Source of the DNA: Octopus vulgaris
Taxonomy: Eukaryota
Length of the DNA: 64,000 bases
Assembly: GCA_951406725.2 (NCBI GenBank)
Contig: OX597814.1
Coordinates: 181,040,001-181,104,000, forward strand
Reading direction: 5' to 3'
The notes under the pieces are model-generated. The model saw only the letters and a list, made by a program, of their open reading frames with translations, was not told where the DNA came from and made no database searches. Both the position numbers and the translations under genes were made by a program. Numbering within the stretch: position 1 is the first letter of the stretch; every line of letters begins with the position of its first letter. Below, one piece after another: positions 1 through 12,717 of the stretch.

Positions 1-489
1 TTATTTTAAATCCAGTTATAAATCCTTAGTGTAGCTTCTAAGAGGATTGAATATTGAAGATGGATTACAAAACGGACATGTAGCAAAATAACTTCATTTT
101 ACATAACTATTTCTAAATTTTGCTGAAGACTAATTTATGACAAGGAACTATTTTCATAATTACTTGAAAATAAAGCTTACAACACGGGGTTCTATAATTC
201 ATCCAGTTATCAATTCATTAGTTGTTTCCGTTCTTATAGCTTGTTGTGTAAATAACCTGAGATGTAGGTTGTTCATTCAAAAAAAGTATTTTGTTAATGG
301 TAACCATAGAAGCCCTAATGTCTAAAACCCTTGATTTTAGGAAAATACAAGCTCTGGCCATACATAATTAGAGCATAAACATTGGTTATATCTTCAGCTG
401 TATTTGCTAGGAATTAACTCATTCTCATTTGTTTTATGATTTCACTTTCTTTTAAACCATCTGATTTTCTGCAGTTCTATATATATATA

Positions 490-1170
490 AGAGATGAGGA
501 ATTATGTACATTATTTACATTTGACGGATATTTGTCCTCATGTTGTTTGTTGTTACCACAACGTTTCGGCTGATATACCCTCCAACCTTCATCAGGTGTC
601 TTGGAGAAATTTCGAACCTGGGTTCTCATTCCTAAGGGGGTTTTTTTTTACGTTGTTGTTATTATTATTATAACAATAACAACATTGAGAAAAATACCTT
701 AGGAATGAGAACCCAGGTTCAAAATTTCCCCAAGACACCTGGTGAAGGCTGGAGGGTATATCAGCCGAAATGTTGTGTTAACAACAAACAAGATGAGTAC
801 AATTGCAGTGTGGAAGGTGTTTATAAGCCATTTAAGAAACACACAAAACCGTTAGATTCACTTCAACATATAAATTTAATTTGTCAAAATATTTTCGTTG
901 CTTTGAGACCGCGACCTGTTCACTGACAAAGCTTCGTGGTCAGTGAACAGGTCGCGGTCTCAAAGCAACGAAAATATTTTGACAAATTAAATTTATATGT
1001 TGAAGTGAATCTAACGGTCTTGTGTGTTTCTTAAATGGCTTATAAACACCTTCCACGCTGCAATTGTTTTCGTTCCAGCACACGATCTCAGATCAAGTCA
1101 CTCGCTATGCAAGTACATCTCCATAAAGATGAGTACAAATATCCATCAAATGTAAATAATGTATCTAATT
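490..1170. mobile_element. Nested palindromic Penelope-like remnants
   Basis: Outer inverted repeat (~505-636 vs 698-800 plus 1127-1163) with minimal hammerhead-like motifs at 557-600 (-) and 734-779 (+). Inner inverted repeat 800-927/939-1066 sits in an insert flanked by a 13-bp duplication AAGATGAGTACAA (790-802, 1126-1138). Confidence 0.75.
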
Positions 1171-2293
1171 TTCTGTTCATTAAACATTCACTGGAAATAT
1201 ACCTACACGAAAATCCAAACCTGGGGTGTTTGTAAACTTGCAATAAAAACAAATCTATAGCATGTCGAGATTGTTGTGCACTATTGTAGCCTATTTGTCC
1301 TTGCTTTCATGAATATATTGTAACTCTGTCATACTATGATGCTCATAAACAGTGATGATCTTCATTGTGTGGTGAGCCAGAGAATCTGCTAATGGAGAAC
1401 TGTACAAAGGATAAAGATATGATCGAGATAGTGAAGTGGGTGAAAGAAATGATTTTACTATTTATAGAAGAAGAAGCACAAATTTACTACAATGGAACGA
1501 ATTATTTTAATAATTCTAAACAGAATTTTTTCCTGATGAAAGGAAGTAACACTTGAGCATTCAACAAACTAAAATCTGAAAATTATTATTGAGGAAGAAT
1601 GAGAGATAAAGCTTCCAATTAATTAGTACCTTTTTGTCTAGATGTTAATTAAAATGATCAACTAATAAGCTTTATTTCACACACAGTTGAAATATATAAT
1701 CAAATATTATGTGTCTCTGTATTCCATTTGATGATGCATAATCAGCAGTGTCCATCAATTAGAGATTATTAGCCTTATTAACTTCAAGGCAGCTGGAACA
1801 GAATCAATCACAGCTTTACTGAAAGCATTAGTAACTTGTAAGCGAATTAATGACTACAGATGGGAATTGAAGCCTAGTCTTAGATTCAGCTGACTGGGAA
1901 CTTGTGCCTTTTCTATGGTTATTCATAGTTTAAAATGAAATACCATTCTAAAATTTTAGAACAGTATTCTGTTTATCTAGATATCTGTAATTTAATACAT
2001 TATTGTAAAAAGAAAATATTTTGTTAGGTTTTATTTGCACTTGGATTTTTCATTTATCAATTTAAAATTTCTGAATATAAAATGAACCTTGATGTAAGCT
2101 TTACTGTGGTGATTATGAAAGTTTATTTCGATGCAAAAGTCAAAGCAGCCTTAAGTCACAAGACTTCTATAAGCTGCAACTTCTCTTCTTGAAGAAAATA
2201 ATAATAATAGAAATATGGGTTTGCTTTTTTTTTCTTTTTTTTGAATTTTTTTTTAAAGTTCTGTATTGAATTATTTGACACATGTTGTTGTAG

Positions 2294-2312
2294 CAAAGAA
2301 GACAGAACAACT

Positions 2313-2348
<36 letters not shown>

Positions 2349-2386
2349 ACGTCAAATCTCAGGGATTAGTGAAGACCATATCACAG
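2294..2386 (+). CDS. PPP3CA: Candidate 93-nt polyglutamine cassette exon of calcineurin A
   Basis: tgtag acceptor after U-rich tracts, CAG|gtacct donor (weak). Symmetric phase 1, open: xKKTEQLQQQHQQQQQQQQRQISGISEDHIT. Confidence 0.55.
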
Positions 2387-3339
2387 GTACCTAAGCTATT
2401 GGTATTTCTGTTTACTATCAGATACAATTTAGTTCTGATTAGATTAGCATTGGCTGGCCCTTTTTATTCCAATGTCTCACTTAAAAACTGAGCAATTTTT
2501 ATGTGGTATGCTCTCTCAGGGCAGCTTAAGCAGTTTCCTCAAAATGTTTTCCTCAAAATGTTTTCCTCAAAATAGCCAAGATATATGATCAGATTGGTTT
2601 TCAAGTTGCCTTTAAGAAAGTGTTCGTTAATACATTTTGAGACATTTGAATAAAATTTTGCCTTTTCATTACTTGCTTCTGGACATCATATCAAACAACA
2701 TTAGAATATGTATTGTAACTCCATATTTTACTTCATTGTATGATATGGTTAACTGGATATCAATGTGTTGAGGACCTTATTTGAAATCAAACAAGTTTCA
2801 TTGGATGGAATTGGCTATAAATGAAAGAGAAAATGATTTATTTCATGCTGAAAACATTAGAAACAAATATTTTTTAATAAGTATATAATTCTTTAAAGAA
2901 CAACTTACCTTCTGAATATAAAAGTATGATGGGTTTCCAACAAACTTTATTTACAAAATAATCAAATGTTGCATTAAATATAAGAGAAGCAGTTGTGTAT
3001 TTTTTTTTAGTCGTTACCTTCATCAAGTTTCAGTTACAACTCATTTCTGATACAAGGTTTCCATCATGAAAGATATTTGATTTTTTTAGTCTCTTCTTTT
3101 CCATCCCAATAATGAACTATATTTTTCTGAAAAAAATTGATAAATTATATGTGAAATATAATGTGTCTTGTATGGCACAACAATGCAGAGTGGACTATAA
3201 TAACTGTTATAATTTAATTATCCATAGTCTGATATAATATTTCAGAATATAAAAATTCCTTCTTCAGATATTGCTAGGAATTGATCAAGTCACTACTATA
3301 ATCAGTTTATTTGGATTATTTGAAAATAGTTTTTATCTT

Positions 3340-3390
<51 letters not shown>

Positions 3391-4068
3391 GATTAAATAT
3401 TTAATATTTTAATTTCTGTCTTGAACTAATGCTCACTCCTTAACTCTCATGAAGATCTGTGGATCAGCTAAATGGTGCTAGTTAGTTGCTCTTGATAGTT
3501 CTCATGCATAACTGATTGTCCCTTAAAGTTTTGCTTACTACTATGCATAAAATAATGAAAATCCTATCAGGTATTAATTAGGTACCATCAGAAATAATTG
3601 TATAATATACTTATATTACAATGAAGACAACTTCAAATATATCATTTTGCCTGCTTACAACTTGCATTAACATTTTTATCATTGTATAGTGTCGATTATA
3701 TTTACCATTATTTTTATTTCAACTTAGCAAATATTAACCTTCTTTGTATAAGACTTTCAAAAGTTAAATATTTTGGAGTTTTTTCTCCCTTATTAATGCA
3801 ATATTTGTTGGTCAAAATCTCTTCTTGTAATTCCAGTCTGATATTTTTTCTTTCGTGGAAGATAATTTTGTGCATAATTTCACATGTCAATGGAAATTCT
3901 TAAAATTCTGAAAAATTTTCTGAAAGTACTTAACTTTCTCTTGAACCCAACACCTGAACCTGTAACCTATCATGCAATGTTTTAGAAATAGATTTTCTTT
4001 CAGTTAGACTTAGTGTCAATAGTTATACTAGTTGTTTTCTAAATATATTCATAAATTATCTGTAATGA

Positions 4069-4105
<37 letters not shown>

Positions 4106-5832
4106 AATAAACTCTGGACTTAAACTACCATCCAGTTTAGTTATATAGTACTGATTGTTTTCTTACTGTTGGACATGTTCATGTCAGTCCTCTTGTTGAC
4201 ATAACTTTTATTAGGTACAGTATTTTAAAATATATTCCTCTTGCTAGGAACATATTTTAAAAGGGGTTGTTTTAAGTTTATATATAATGCAAATTATATT
4301 TTCTAACGGGAGGTTAACTACCATTTTTAATCTACAATTGATATTTGTAACAATGAATTTATAGATAACATTGAGAAATTGGGTTATTAGAATAAGTTTT
4401 TCATATTCCCTGTGAAGACTTGGGGATTGTAAATTCAGTAAAATAATATGATATACATTTTCCGATTATTCACTTTATATCTTTCTTTCTGATATTTTCA
4501 TTATTTCTACTACATTCACTCTCTCTCACTCTTTCTCTCTCTTTCTCTCACTCTCTCTCTCTCACTCTTTCTCACTCACACACACCTATACACTGCTTTC
4601 TCTTTCACTTTCTCTTTCCCTCCCTTAGTTACATCTCCCTCTTCCTCCTCTCTCCCTCCCTTCAGTATTTAAACGCATTCACTTTAGTATTGGCTCAAGC
4701 CCTTTCCTAATGATTATATTGAAATGTCTTTTCCTTATTCTTCAAAAACATCCCCTCAAAATATAGCTATATAAATAAAAGATATGCCAAAATTTCTTTA
4801 TAGTGTTCTTAGAATGAAATGGAAGTAGTGGGCTTTTAGATTTATATTTTTATAATTTTCTCTTATTTTGGATCTAAAATTTGTTTAATAGTTTTAAAGA
4901 TAGACATAGGTTAATTGGTGATTTCAAAGGCTTTATAATATTATTTTTCGAGTTTTCAACTCTTTCTGTTCACATATACACATGACTCTTATCTATAAAA
5001 AAAGTCATTCTACTGATAATTTTATAAAAAATATCAAATTATTAATAACATATATTTATATTAATCAAGATACATTGTAAAAATTATACTGAGAGCTTTT
5101 TTCTGATATAAATGGAAACCCTTCATTTGCTAGATACTCTTGGAGTACTTTCTTGATTTTCAATCAAGTTCTTGTTATCTATTTTGTATAATCATTTATA
5201 CTGATAACTGTTGATATTTTAAATCAATTGGAAAAGATTATCATTTAAAATATTTTAATTATGCCAAAGTTACAAGACAATTGATTTCACTTGTTGCTGA
5301 TTATCATTACAAGACTACTGAATCAAAAATTTTAGTCCCACTACTTCCCATGCAAGAAGGTGGTCTTAATTGACCAAAAGATAATACCTCCCACAGGCCT
5401 CCATGATAAACCCTTCATGGATTTGATTTCAAAGTGAATAGCTCTTTCCTTTTTATACATAAGCTTATGGATTCTTTGCTGCTCAAAATTTGTCAAAAGT
5501 AGTTTTAAAATACCTTTATCAAATATACACACCTATGTTTTAATCTTTTTTTTTTTTTTTTTTTGTTTTTTCCTTTTCTCCCAAGTTATTGAACAATGTG
5601 TTAGTTTCCATAATCCCATTCCACCACTCCAACACAAACTCCCTATTCCTTTCACTTCTTCCTTATCCCCACCACTCATATTTAAAACATTATTGATCTG
5701 TCAATAATCACTCTCTCCCTGCTTTTGGCACATAACTTGCAAATGCATTTCCTTAATGCACCATATTTTTCTCTTTCATCTGGATCACCTTGCAACCCTT
5801 TTTGCATGCCCACTCACAATTTTACTGGTCAG

Positions 5833-5844
5833 GGTTCAACACTG
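5833..5844 (+). CDS. PPP3CA: Candidate 12-nt microexon of calcineurin A (xFNT, GFNT if upstream exon ends in G)
   Basis: tcag|GGTTCAACACTG|gtaagt: perfect donor, symmetric phase 1, open in frame. Upstream pyrimidine-rich tract with TGCATG at 5803-5808. Confidence 0.55.
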
Positions 5845-5994
5845 GTAAGTCTATTTGGCTTATGTGACCTGTCCCCAATTTTGTATGCCTCGCTCGTTCA
5901 ACTCCTGTGCTCTTTTTTTTTTCTTTATCCCATGTCAGTTTTCTATTTTTGCGTAATGCCTGTTGTCTAAAATTTGCTAACATATATATCTAAG

Positions 5995-6034
<40 letters not shown>

Positions 6035-7312
6035 CATACATATCTTTTCCTCTCCTTACCCTATTGAAATATATTTGCCTGTGTCCTCTATTGAATGTTT
6101 TCTCAAGGCTAGCCGTCTTTTGTGAGCTATCTCTAGCACATATGGCTGTTAAAACATCTAACAGTGCCCAGTAGATTTACTACATGTAGGCAGATTATTA
6201 TAAAACTTTTTATTTTATTTTATTTTCTATATTGGTATTACTGTTTTAATTCTCATTTGTATGACCTCAATGTTGAATGCCAATCAATGTTAAGAAGCGT
6301 CTGTTTTGAGGCACACATTGGAAAATTTGCCCCCATTTTTTCCTCTTATAGGTTTCTTTGAGAACACAAACATCTTTAGTTTGATTTTTAAATTCATTTC
6401 TTTTTGCATTTTTTTAAAAATTATTTGATTATAATTTTTATCAGTTTGACTGTATCATCTGCACTGAAATGATAAAATTTTGTGTCTCACAATCTAAGAA
6501 TCTAATTGTTATTATGAGGTTCTTTTCTTCAAGTCATTGTTGTATTTTTTATATGTAACATATTCGAAAATAATTCAATAACACATTTCTTTTAATTTTG
6601 TAGCTGTTTCATTTGAAATGTCTTAAATAGCCATTTGGTATGTCTTGCGACAAATTTTTGTCTAATCTCAATTATTTTCCTGGTGAAGAAGAGAATAGAA
6701 GTTTTCTTGAAATTCTATCATTTCCAATTAAAATATTTATCTTGTCTTTATTTCCTTAGCTTATTCTAAAACAGTTTTTCAAAAGCTTCAATTTAAGGCT
6801 TTTATTTGTTTTAAAGAAAATCATTCTGTTTCAGTGGTTAAAATAATAAAACTGCACCTGCACAATTTCAATTTGCACTTTTGAATACTCAAATAACTAA
6901 AGTTCAAATTTTCCATTGGTTGTCTCAGACTGTGCATGACTATAGCATACATTTTTTTCTCAGATTTTATTTGTTTTATTTTATTATTCCTGCCATACTA
7001 TACAAATGGCCAATTAGACGGTTGAATTATTTATTATTGGTTTGAATTAGACTCACATGTTTCACTTTTTTTTTTTTTTTTTTTTGTACTTTGCTACATA
7101 TTTCTCAAGAAATTGTTGAAACCTGTGTTGCTGTAATATTAGTAAACTAGAATCTTGGTTTATTTTTCTTGCTCTTAGGCCTGAATGCTTCCATTTTAGA
7201 GTTGGCTGAAATTTGGTTGTTTCTTTTTTACATACATACAAACACACATGTTCACAATTACAAGCACAGACATCATTATGTTCTTGTGTGTGTGTAGATA
7301 TATATATGTATG

Positions 7313-7360
<48 letters not shown>

Positions 7361-7540
7361 CACATAGATATATAATACACACATATATATATGTATGTAT
7401 GTATATCTATATATGTATATACACACATTGTGGTATGTATGTAGTGTACCTGAGTGCTGTATACAATAAGATCGTTATTTTTGTATATATACATATGTGT
7501 ATGTATGTATGTATGTATGTATGTATATATATATATATTT

Positions 7541-7902
7541 ACATTATTTATAATGGATGGATAGGTGCCCTCATCTTGGTTGTTGTTATCACAACATTTC
7601 AGCTGATGTACTCTCCAACCTTCATCAGGTGTTCTGATGGAATTTTGAACCCAACCGTTTATTTGACTAATGGGGTACACTGTTCTCATTCCTAAGGTAT
7701 GTTGCTGATGAAAAATAATATCAACAGAAAAATAACATCAGCAACATGCCTTAGGAATGAGAACTGTGTACCCCATTAGTCAAATAAAGGGTTGGGTTCA
7801 AAATTCCACCAGAACACCTGATGAAGGCTGGAGAAGACAACAGCCGAAACGTTGTGATAACAACAAACAAGATGACACCTCTCCATCCATTAGAAATAAT
7901 GT
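7541..7902. mobile_element. Palindromic Penelope-like remnant with minimal hammerhead motif
   Basis: Inverted arms ~7541-7710 and 7736-7902. Same family as the outer element at 490-1170. + strand CAC-CTGATGA-A-GGCTG...CAGCC-GAAACGTT-GTG at 7815-7856. Confidence 0.75.
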
Positions 7903-8462
7903 ATATAAATGTGTATATATGTATTTATATGTGTATGTATGTATATAAATGTGTATATATGTATTTATATGTGTATGTATGTATATAAATGTGTATATAT
8001 GTATTTATGTATATATATATATATGTATTTATGTATATATATATGTGTATTTATATATGTATTTATGTGTATATATATATGTAGTTATATGCGTATATAT
8101 ATATATGTATTTATGTGTTTATATGTATATATGTTTTATATGTGTGTGTATTTATGCATGTATATATATATGTGTGTGTGTGTTGAGGTGCATAGCTTAG
8201 AGGTTAGGGTGTGTGCATAGCTTGGAGGTTTGGGTGTGTGCTTAGCTTAGAGGTTAGGGTGCTGGACTCCTGATCGTAATATTGTGGTTTTGATTCTTGG
8301 TTTGGGTGATGTCTTGTGCTCTTGAGCAAAACACTTCATTTCACATTGCTCCAGTACACTCACCTGGTAAAAAGGATTAATCCTGTGACAGACCAACATC
8401 CCATCCAGAGAGGTATATATACCAGTCCTATCTTCCTTCCAAAGGAATGGAGACTAACTATA

Positions 8463-9445
8463 TACAGGGTAGGGCAGAGAGGATAGCCTTTTTTGAAAAT
8501 TTCACAAAATTATTCATTTTAGCTGCAAAAAAATTTCATTGGCATCAATGTATACATATTGAATTAGCATTTGTCAAAATCAAGTGTGGAAAACAAAATC
8601 CATCATGTGGTTTCCTTCTTCATTGATGCATTGCTCTGTTGATTTGGGTGACTTCCATTTGAATAGCTTCCTTCAAATCATCCAATGTACAGGGCTTTTG
8701 TGCACACACACGTGCCTTGAGGTTTCCCCACAAAAAATAATCACACTTGGACAAATCAGGGGACTGAGGAGGACAAGAAATGTCAGCAAACCTGAAAATA
8801 AGGCAGTCACCAAAGAGAGAACAAAGAATGTTCATTGATGCTCTGGCTGTGCGGCCTGTCACCCCATCCTGCTGAAACTACACACATGAATAGGCATACA
8901 TTTTCATCATAATTCAGGCACAAAGAAGTTGTTTATCATCTCAAGGTAATGCTCAGAGTTCACAGTAACAGTATTTCCATTATTGTCTTCAAAAAAGTAA
9001 GGACTAATGACAGCAGCTTTTACAACAGCACACCAGACTCTTACTTTTGGGCTATGCAGTGGTCTTTGGTGCAGTTCCCTTGGATTTTCAAAAGCCCAGT
9101 ACCAACAGTTCTGTTGATTCACCATGCCATTGAGATGAAAATGAGCTTCATCACTCATTAACAAAATAAGGTTGTCATTTGCCTCAAAAATTGCTTCCAT
9201 CTGACAGAGGAAGTTAAGCTGCTGTGCATAGTTTCATGGTTTCAACTGTTGCTCAGTGACCAATTTGTACAGGTGGAAACACAGGTCTTCATGCAAAATA
9301 TGCCTTACCAATGCCAAGTTCAGTAGAATGCCTCTGAGCAGAGCAATTCAGACTCTGTATCAAAGCTTGTCTGACGCGTTCCACATTTTCCAGGGTCCAT
9401 ACTGTTCATGGCACCCCCAGCTGATTTTGATTAAATTTGACATTT
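8463..9445 (-). mobile_element. Decayed Tc1/mariner-superfamily transposon
   Basis: Minus ORF fragments with SDEAHFHLNG and PPQSPDLSKCDYFLWG. Left end tacaggg. Confidence 0.85.
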
Positions 9446-9449
9446 AGCT

Positions 9450-10470
9450 AAAGTTTATGGTCGGGGTCATGTAGTAGAATTAAAATTAAACAGGTGAAAG
9501 GCAGAAATCATCAAAATTCAATCGTAATAAAATAATGAACTGATTTTGAAGAAAATGAATAAAATTAAGCACTTAGACATACGAATCATCGATTATTCAT
9601 ATAATATATTGGGATTTAAAAGTCATTAAGGGAAGAGAAATCCCTGCTAAACCAGATATAACATCTTTATGGGTAATAGTTGGTGCAGGGAACATAGATT
9701 TCAATACAAGGTCAGAGGTGGGCTTAACTTCAATACGGAAAACATGAGCCATGCCAGGTTCAACAGCTAGTTTGTTCATCATAGTCCTCCAGGCAATAAC
9801 AGAGGAATTCAAGACAGGTTGCCCCTTGCTCTAATAGTTGAGTCACTACCAGAGCCAGAGAAGTTTCAAGTGTGGAAGCAAGGTCTAGAATGGAAGGTCT
9901 TTATAGTCAATCGAGTAAAAACCAAAGTCTTAGTAAGTAGGAAAGCAGACAAATCACAAATCTCTTCAGGTAGATGGCCTTGCTCAATCTGCAGAAAAGG
10001 TGTTGGTAGAAACTCCATAAGATGTACCCGATGTAAGCTATGGACACATAAGAGGTGCAGCAATGTCAAAGGAATGTTAACTGGGAAGATAGTTTTTGTG
10101 TGTGGCAAATGTACAGAAAACAGTTGATAGCTTCATTACCTAGGTGACCAAGTCAATAGCGAGGGTGGATGCTCTGAGAGTGTAGCTGCTAGAATAAGAA
10201 TAACCAGAGCAAAGTTCAGAGAGCTCCTACATCTGCTGGTAACAAAGGGCCTCTCACTCAGAGTGAAAGGTAGACTGTATGATGCATGTGTGTGGACAGC
10301 CATGTTACACAGTGAAACATGGGCTGTGACTGCTGAGAACATGCATAGGCTTGAAAGAAATGAAGCTAGTATGTTCCACTGGATGTGTAATGTCAGTGTG
10401 CACACATGACAGAGTGTAAGCGCTCAGAGAAAAAAGTTGGGCATAGGAAGCATCAGATGTGATGTGATCG
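9450..10470 (+). mobile_element. Decayed RTE-like LINE fragment
   Basis: RT C-terminal-type fragments (VNRVKTKVLVS) plus a Cys-rich segment CSIC...CTRCKLWTHKRC...CGKC, disrupted by stops. Confidence 0.8.
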
Positions 10471-11229
10471 CTAGCCACTAAACCTTTTTTTTTTATTTTC
10501 TCTCTCTGTTTATTTCTGTGTTCCTTTCTGTTGTAGAGCATAGGCTTGAAACGTAAAAGACTTTCTCTCTTCCCGAGCGTTAAACTAATACATCTATTTG
10601 TTGTTTACACACCCGTCTTTGTCTTTTGTTGTGTTTGTTTTTTTGTAAATTCCAACTATATATATATACACACATACACGGGTGAAATGTTTAGCAGTAT
10701 TTCGTCTGCTGTTACATTCTGAGTTCAAATTGCTGAGGTTGATTTTGCCTTTCATCCTTTCGGGGTGGATCAGATACATTCCAGTTACACACTGGGGTCA
10801 ATGCAATTGACTTAATCCCTTTGTCTGTCCTTGTTTGCCCCTTCTGTGTTTAGCCCCGTGTGGGCAGTAAAGAAATATGTATATGTATGTACGTATGTGT
10901 GTGTGTGTATATATATATATATGTGTATGTGTGTGTACATATATGTGTACATATATATATGTGTGTATATATATACATGTATGTATATATATATATATGT
11001 ATATGTATATATGCATGTATATATATATGTATATATGTGTGTGTATTATATATATATTGTTTACAGTCAGAGAACACACATGCAGACAAGGGGAAATACA
11101 AACTTACAGCTTCTGCCTACTAATTTCATTTTCAAGGTATTGCTTGATCCACCACTATAGTACAGAATGCCTGCTTATTGCATTCATGCAGGAAGGACAT
11201 ACACCTAACCATGTGGTTCCCAAGATATG

Positions 11230-12460
11230 TATGAGGTGGTATCAAAGAGTTCCCAGACTAGTTATGTTTAATAAAAAGTAACTTATTGACCTAAGTTTTT
11301 AACATCATCTCCTTCAAAATAGTCACTCTGCGCACCATTCCTGCCACTTTTGGAATCCAGCCTGGAAGTTGTTTTTCATAAGTGAGTCAAAGACTTTCTG
11401 TGATTCATTCTTGATTTCAACAATGGTGTTAAAACAGCAGCTTTTGAGCTGCATTTTCATCTTGGGGAAGAGAAGGAAGATGCTAAATCTGGCAAATAGG
11501 GAGGGTGTGGAAGCAATACCATGTTGTTTTGGGTGAAAAACTCATGAATGAGGAGAGCTCAGTGTGCACTGTCTCGTGAAGAATCCAGTTCTTTATGCTC
11601 CACAGATCTAGTTACTTTCACCAGATGTCCTCCTTCAAATGCTTCAAAACATCACAGTAGAACTCTCAATTGACAGTCTGGCCCTGGAGGATGAATTCTC
11701 AATGCACAATACCACAAATGTCAAAAAAAACGATGTGCATGCTCATGATTGAACTACTACTCTGTCGTGTCTTCTTCAGTTGTGGAGATGCAGGCCTCTT
11801 CCATTGTGATGACTGTTGCATCATCTCATGGTCGTACCCATAGACCCAACTTCCATCACTGGTGATGATCCTCAACATGAAGGATGGTTCATCAGTAGTA
11901 CACTGACGAAGATCTTGTCAGACTTCAACATGATGTCCTTTCTGCTGTGGTCAGCAGATAAGGGACAAACTTGGCAGACACACGCCACATATTCAATTCA
12001 GACATTAGGGTTGCCTGCACAGACCCATATGACAGACCAACAACATCAGCAATTTTGTTGATTGACCTTCGATGATCCTCATGCACAAGCTGATAAATCT
12101 TCTCCACATTCCTGGGGGTGACACTCATAGCAGGTCTTCCAGGTCGCTCATCATTTTCCAGGGACATCCTTCTGCTTTTGAAATGCCCATACCACTCAAA
12201 ACATTGCATACAACCCATTGCTTCATCGCCATAAGCTTGTCAAAGTGTGCTCTGTAGCAGACTTCCCAAGTTTAATGCAAAATTTTATGTTGGCTCTTTG
12301 TCCATGACAAAAACACGAATTTCACAAATTGTGAAATAAACAGTGATGTCACTCAGCACACTGCCTCATGAAGGTCACTACTAGCTCCCACAGTGCACAC
12401 AACCATGTACTACCATCTGTTGGTGTATTACAGAACTAGTCTGGGAACTTTTTGATACAT
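11230..12460 (-). mobile_element. Decayed mariner element
   Basis: TIR-like ends gtatcaaagagttcccagactagt / actagtctgggaactttttgatac. Minus ORF fragment with ERPGRP and VSAKFVP motifs. Confidence 0.85.
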
Positions 12461-12717
12461 ATATGTAGATATGTAAATAATTCACACACATACATTTATG
12501 CACAAGCATGAGTGTGTGGATCATATCATTTTAATGTTGTTGTTTTTTTCTATGCCTGAAATGAAACTTGGCCAGATACCCTTACTGTCACTGAATCAAA
12601 CCTTTTAAAACAAGAGAAAGCTACAAATTCATATGCACATACACATCTATACACACACGCACATTATGATATACATATATACAATTATATATAAGTATAC
12701 AAACACATACACACACA

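Noticed and set aside
1365-1556. 63-aa ORF with protein-like composition
   Set aside because: Non-ATG start, upstream in-frame stops, no recognisable motif and no usable splice sites.
2534-2573. 14-bp tandem repeat (tttcctcaaaatgt) x3
   Set aside because: Simple slippage repeat with no evidence of function.
6604-6643. AG..GTATGT segments of 34 and 7 nt
   Set aside because: Not multiples of 3, and the longer one has an in-frame stop.
7179-7215. Good acceptor (ttttcttgctcttag) followed by an open frame
   Set aside because: No frame-preserving consensus donor follows.
7062-8220. Long ORFs rich in YI/CV/HT repeats (also 10798-11281, 33857-34140, 47353-47735, 29795-30070)
   Set aside because: They are translations of dinucleotide microsatellites.
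8185-8260. TTAGGG-containing ~25-bp triple repeat
   Set aside because: It is a duplicated SINE head, not a telomeric array or CRISPR.
10525-10562. Degenerate hammerhead-like motif (gagcataggcttgaaacgta)
   Set aside because: The CUGANGA core is lost, so it is at best an inactive relic.
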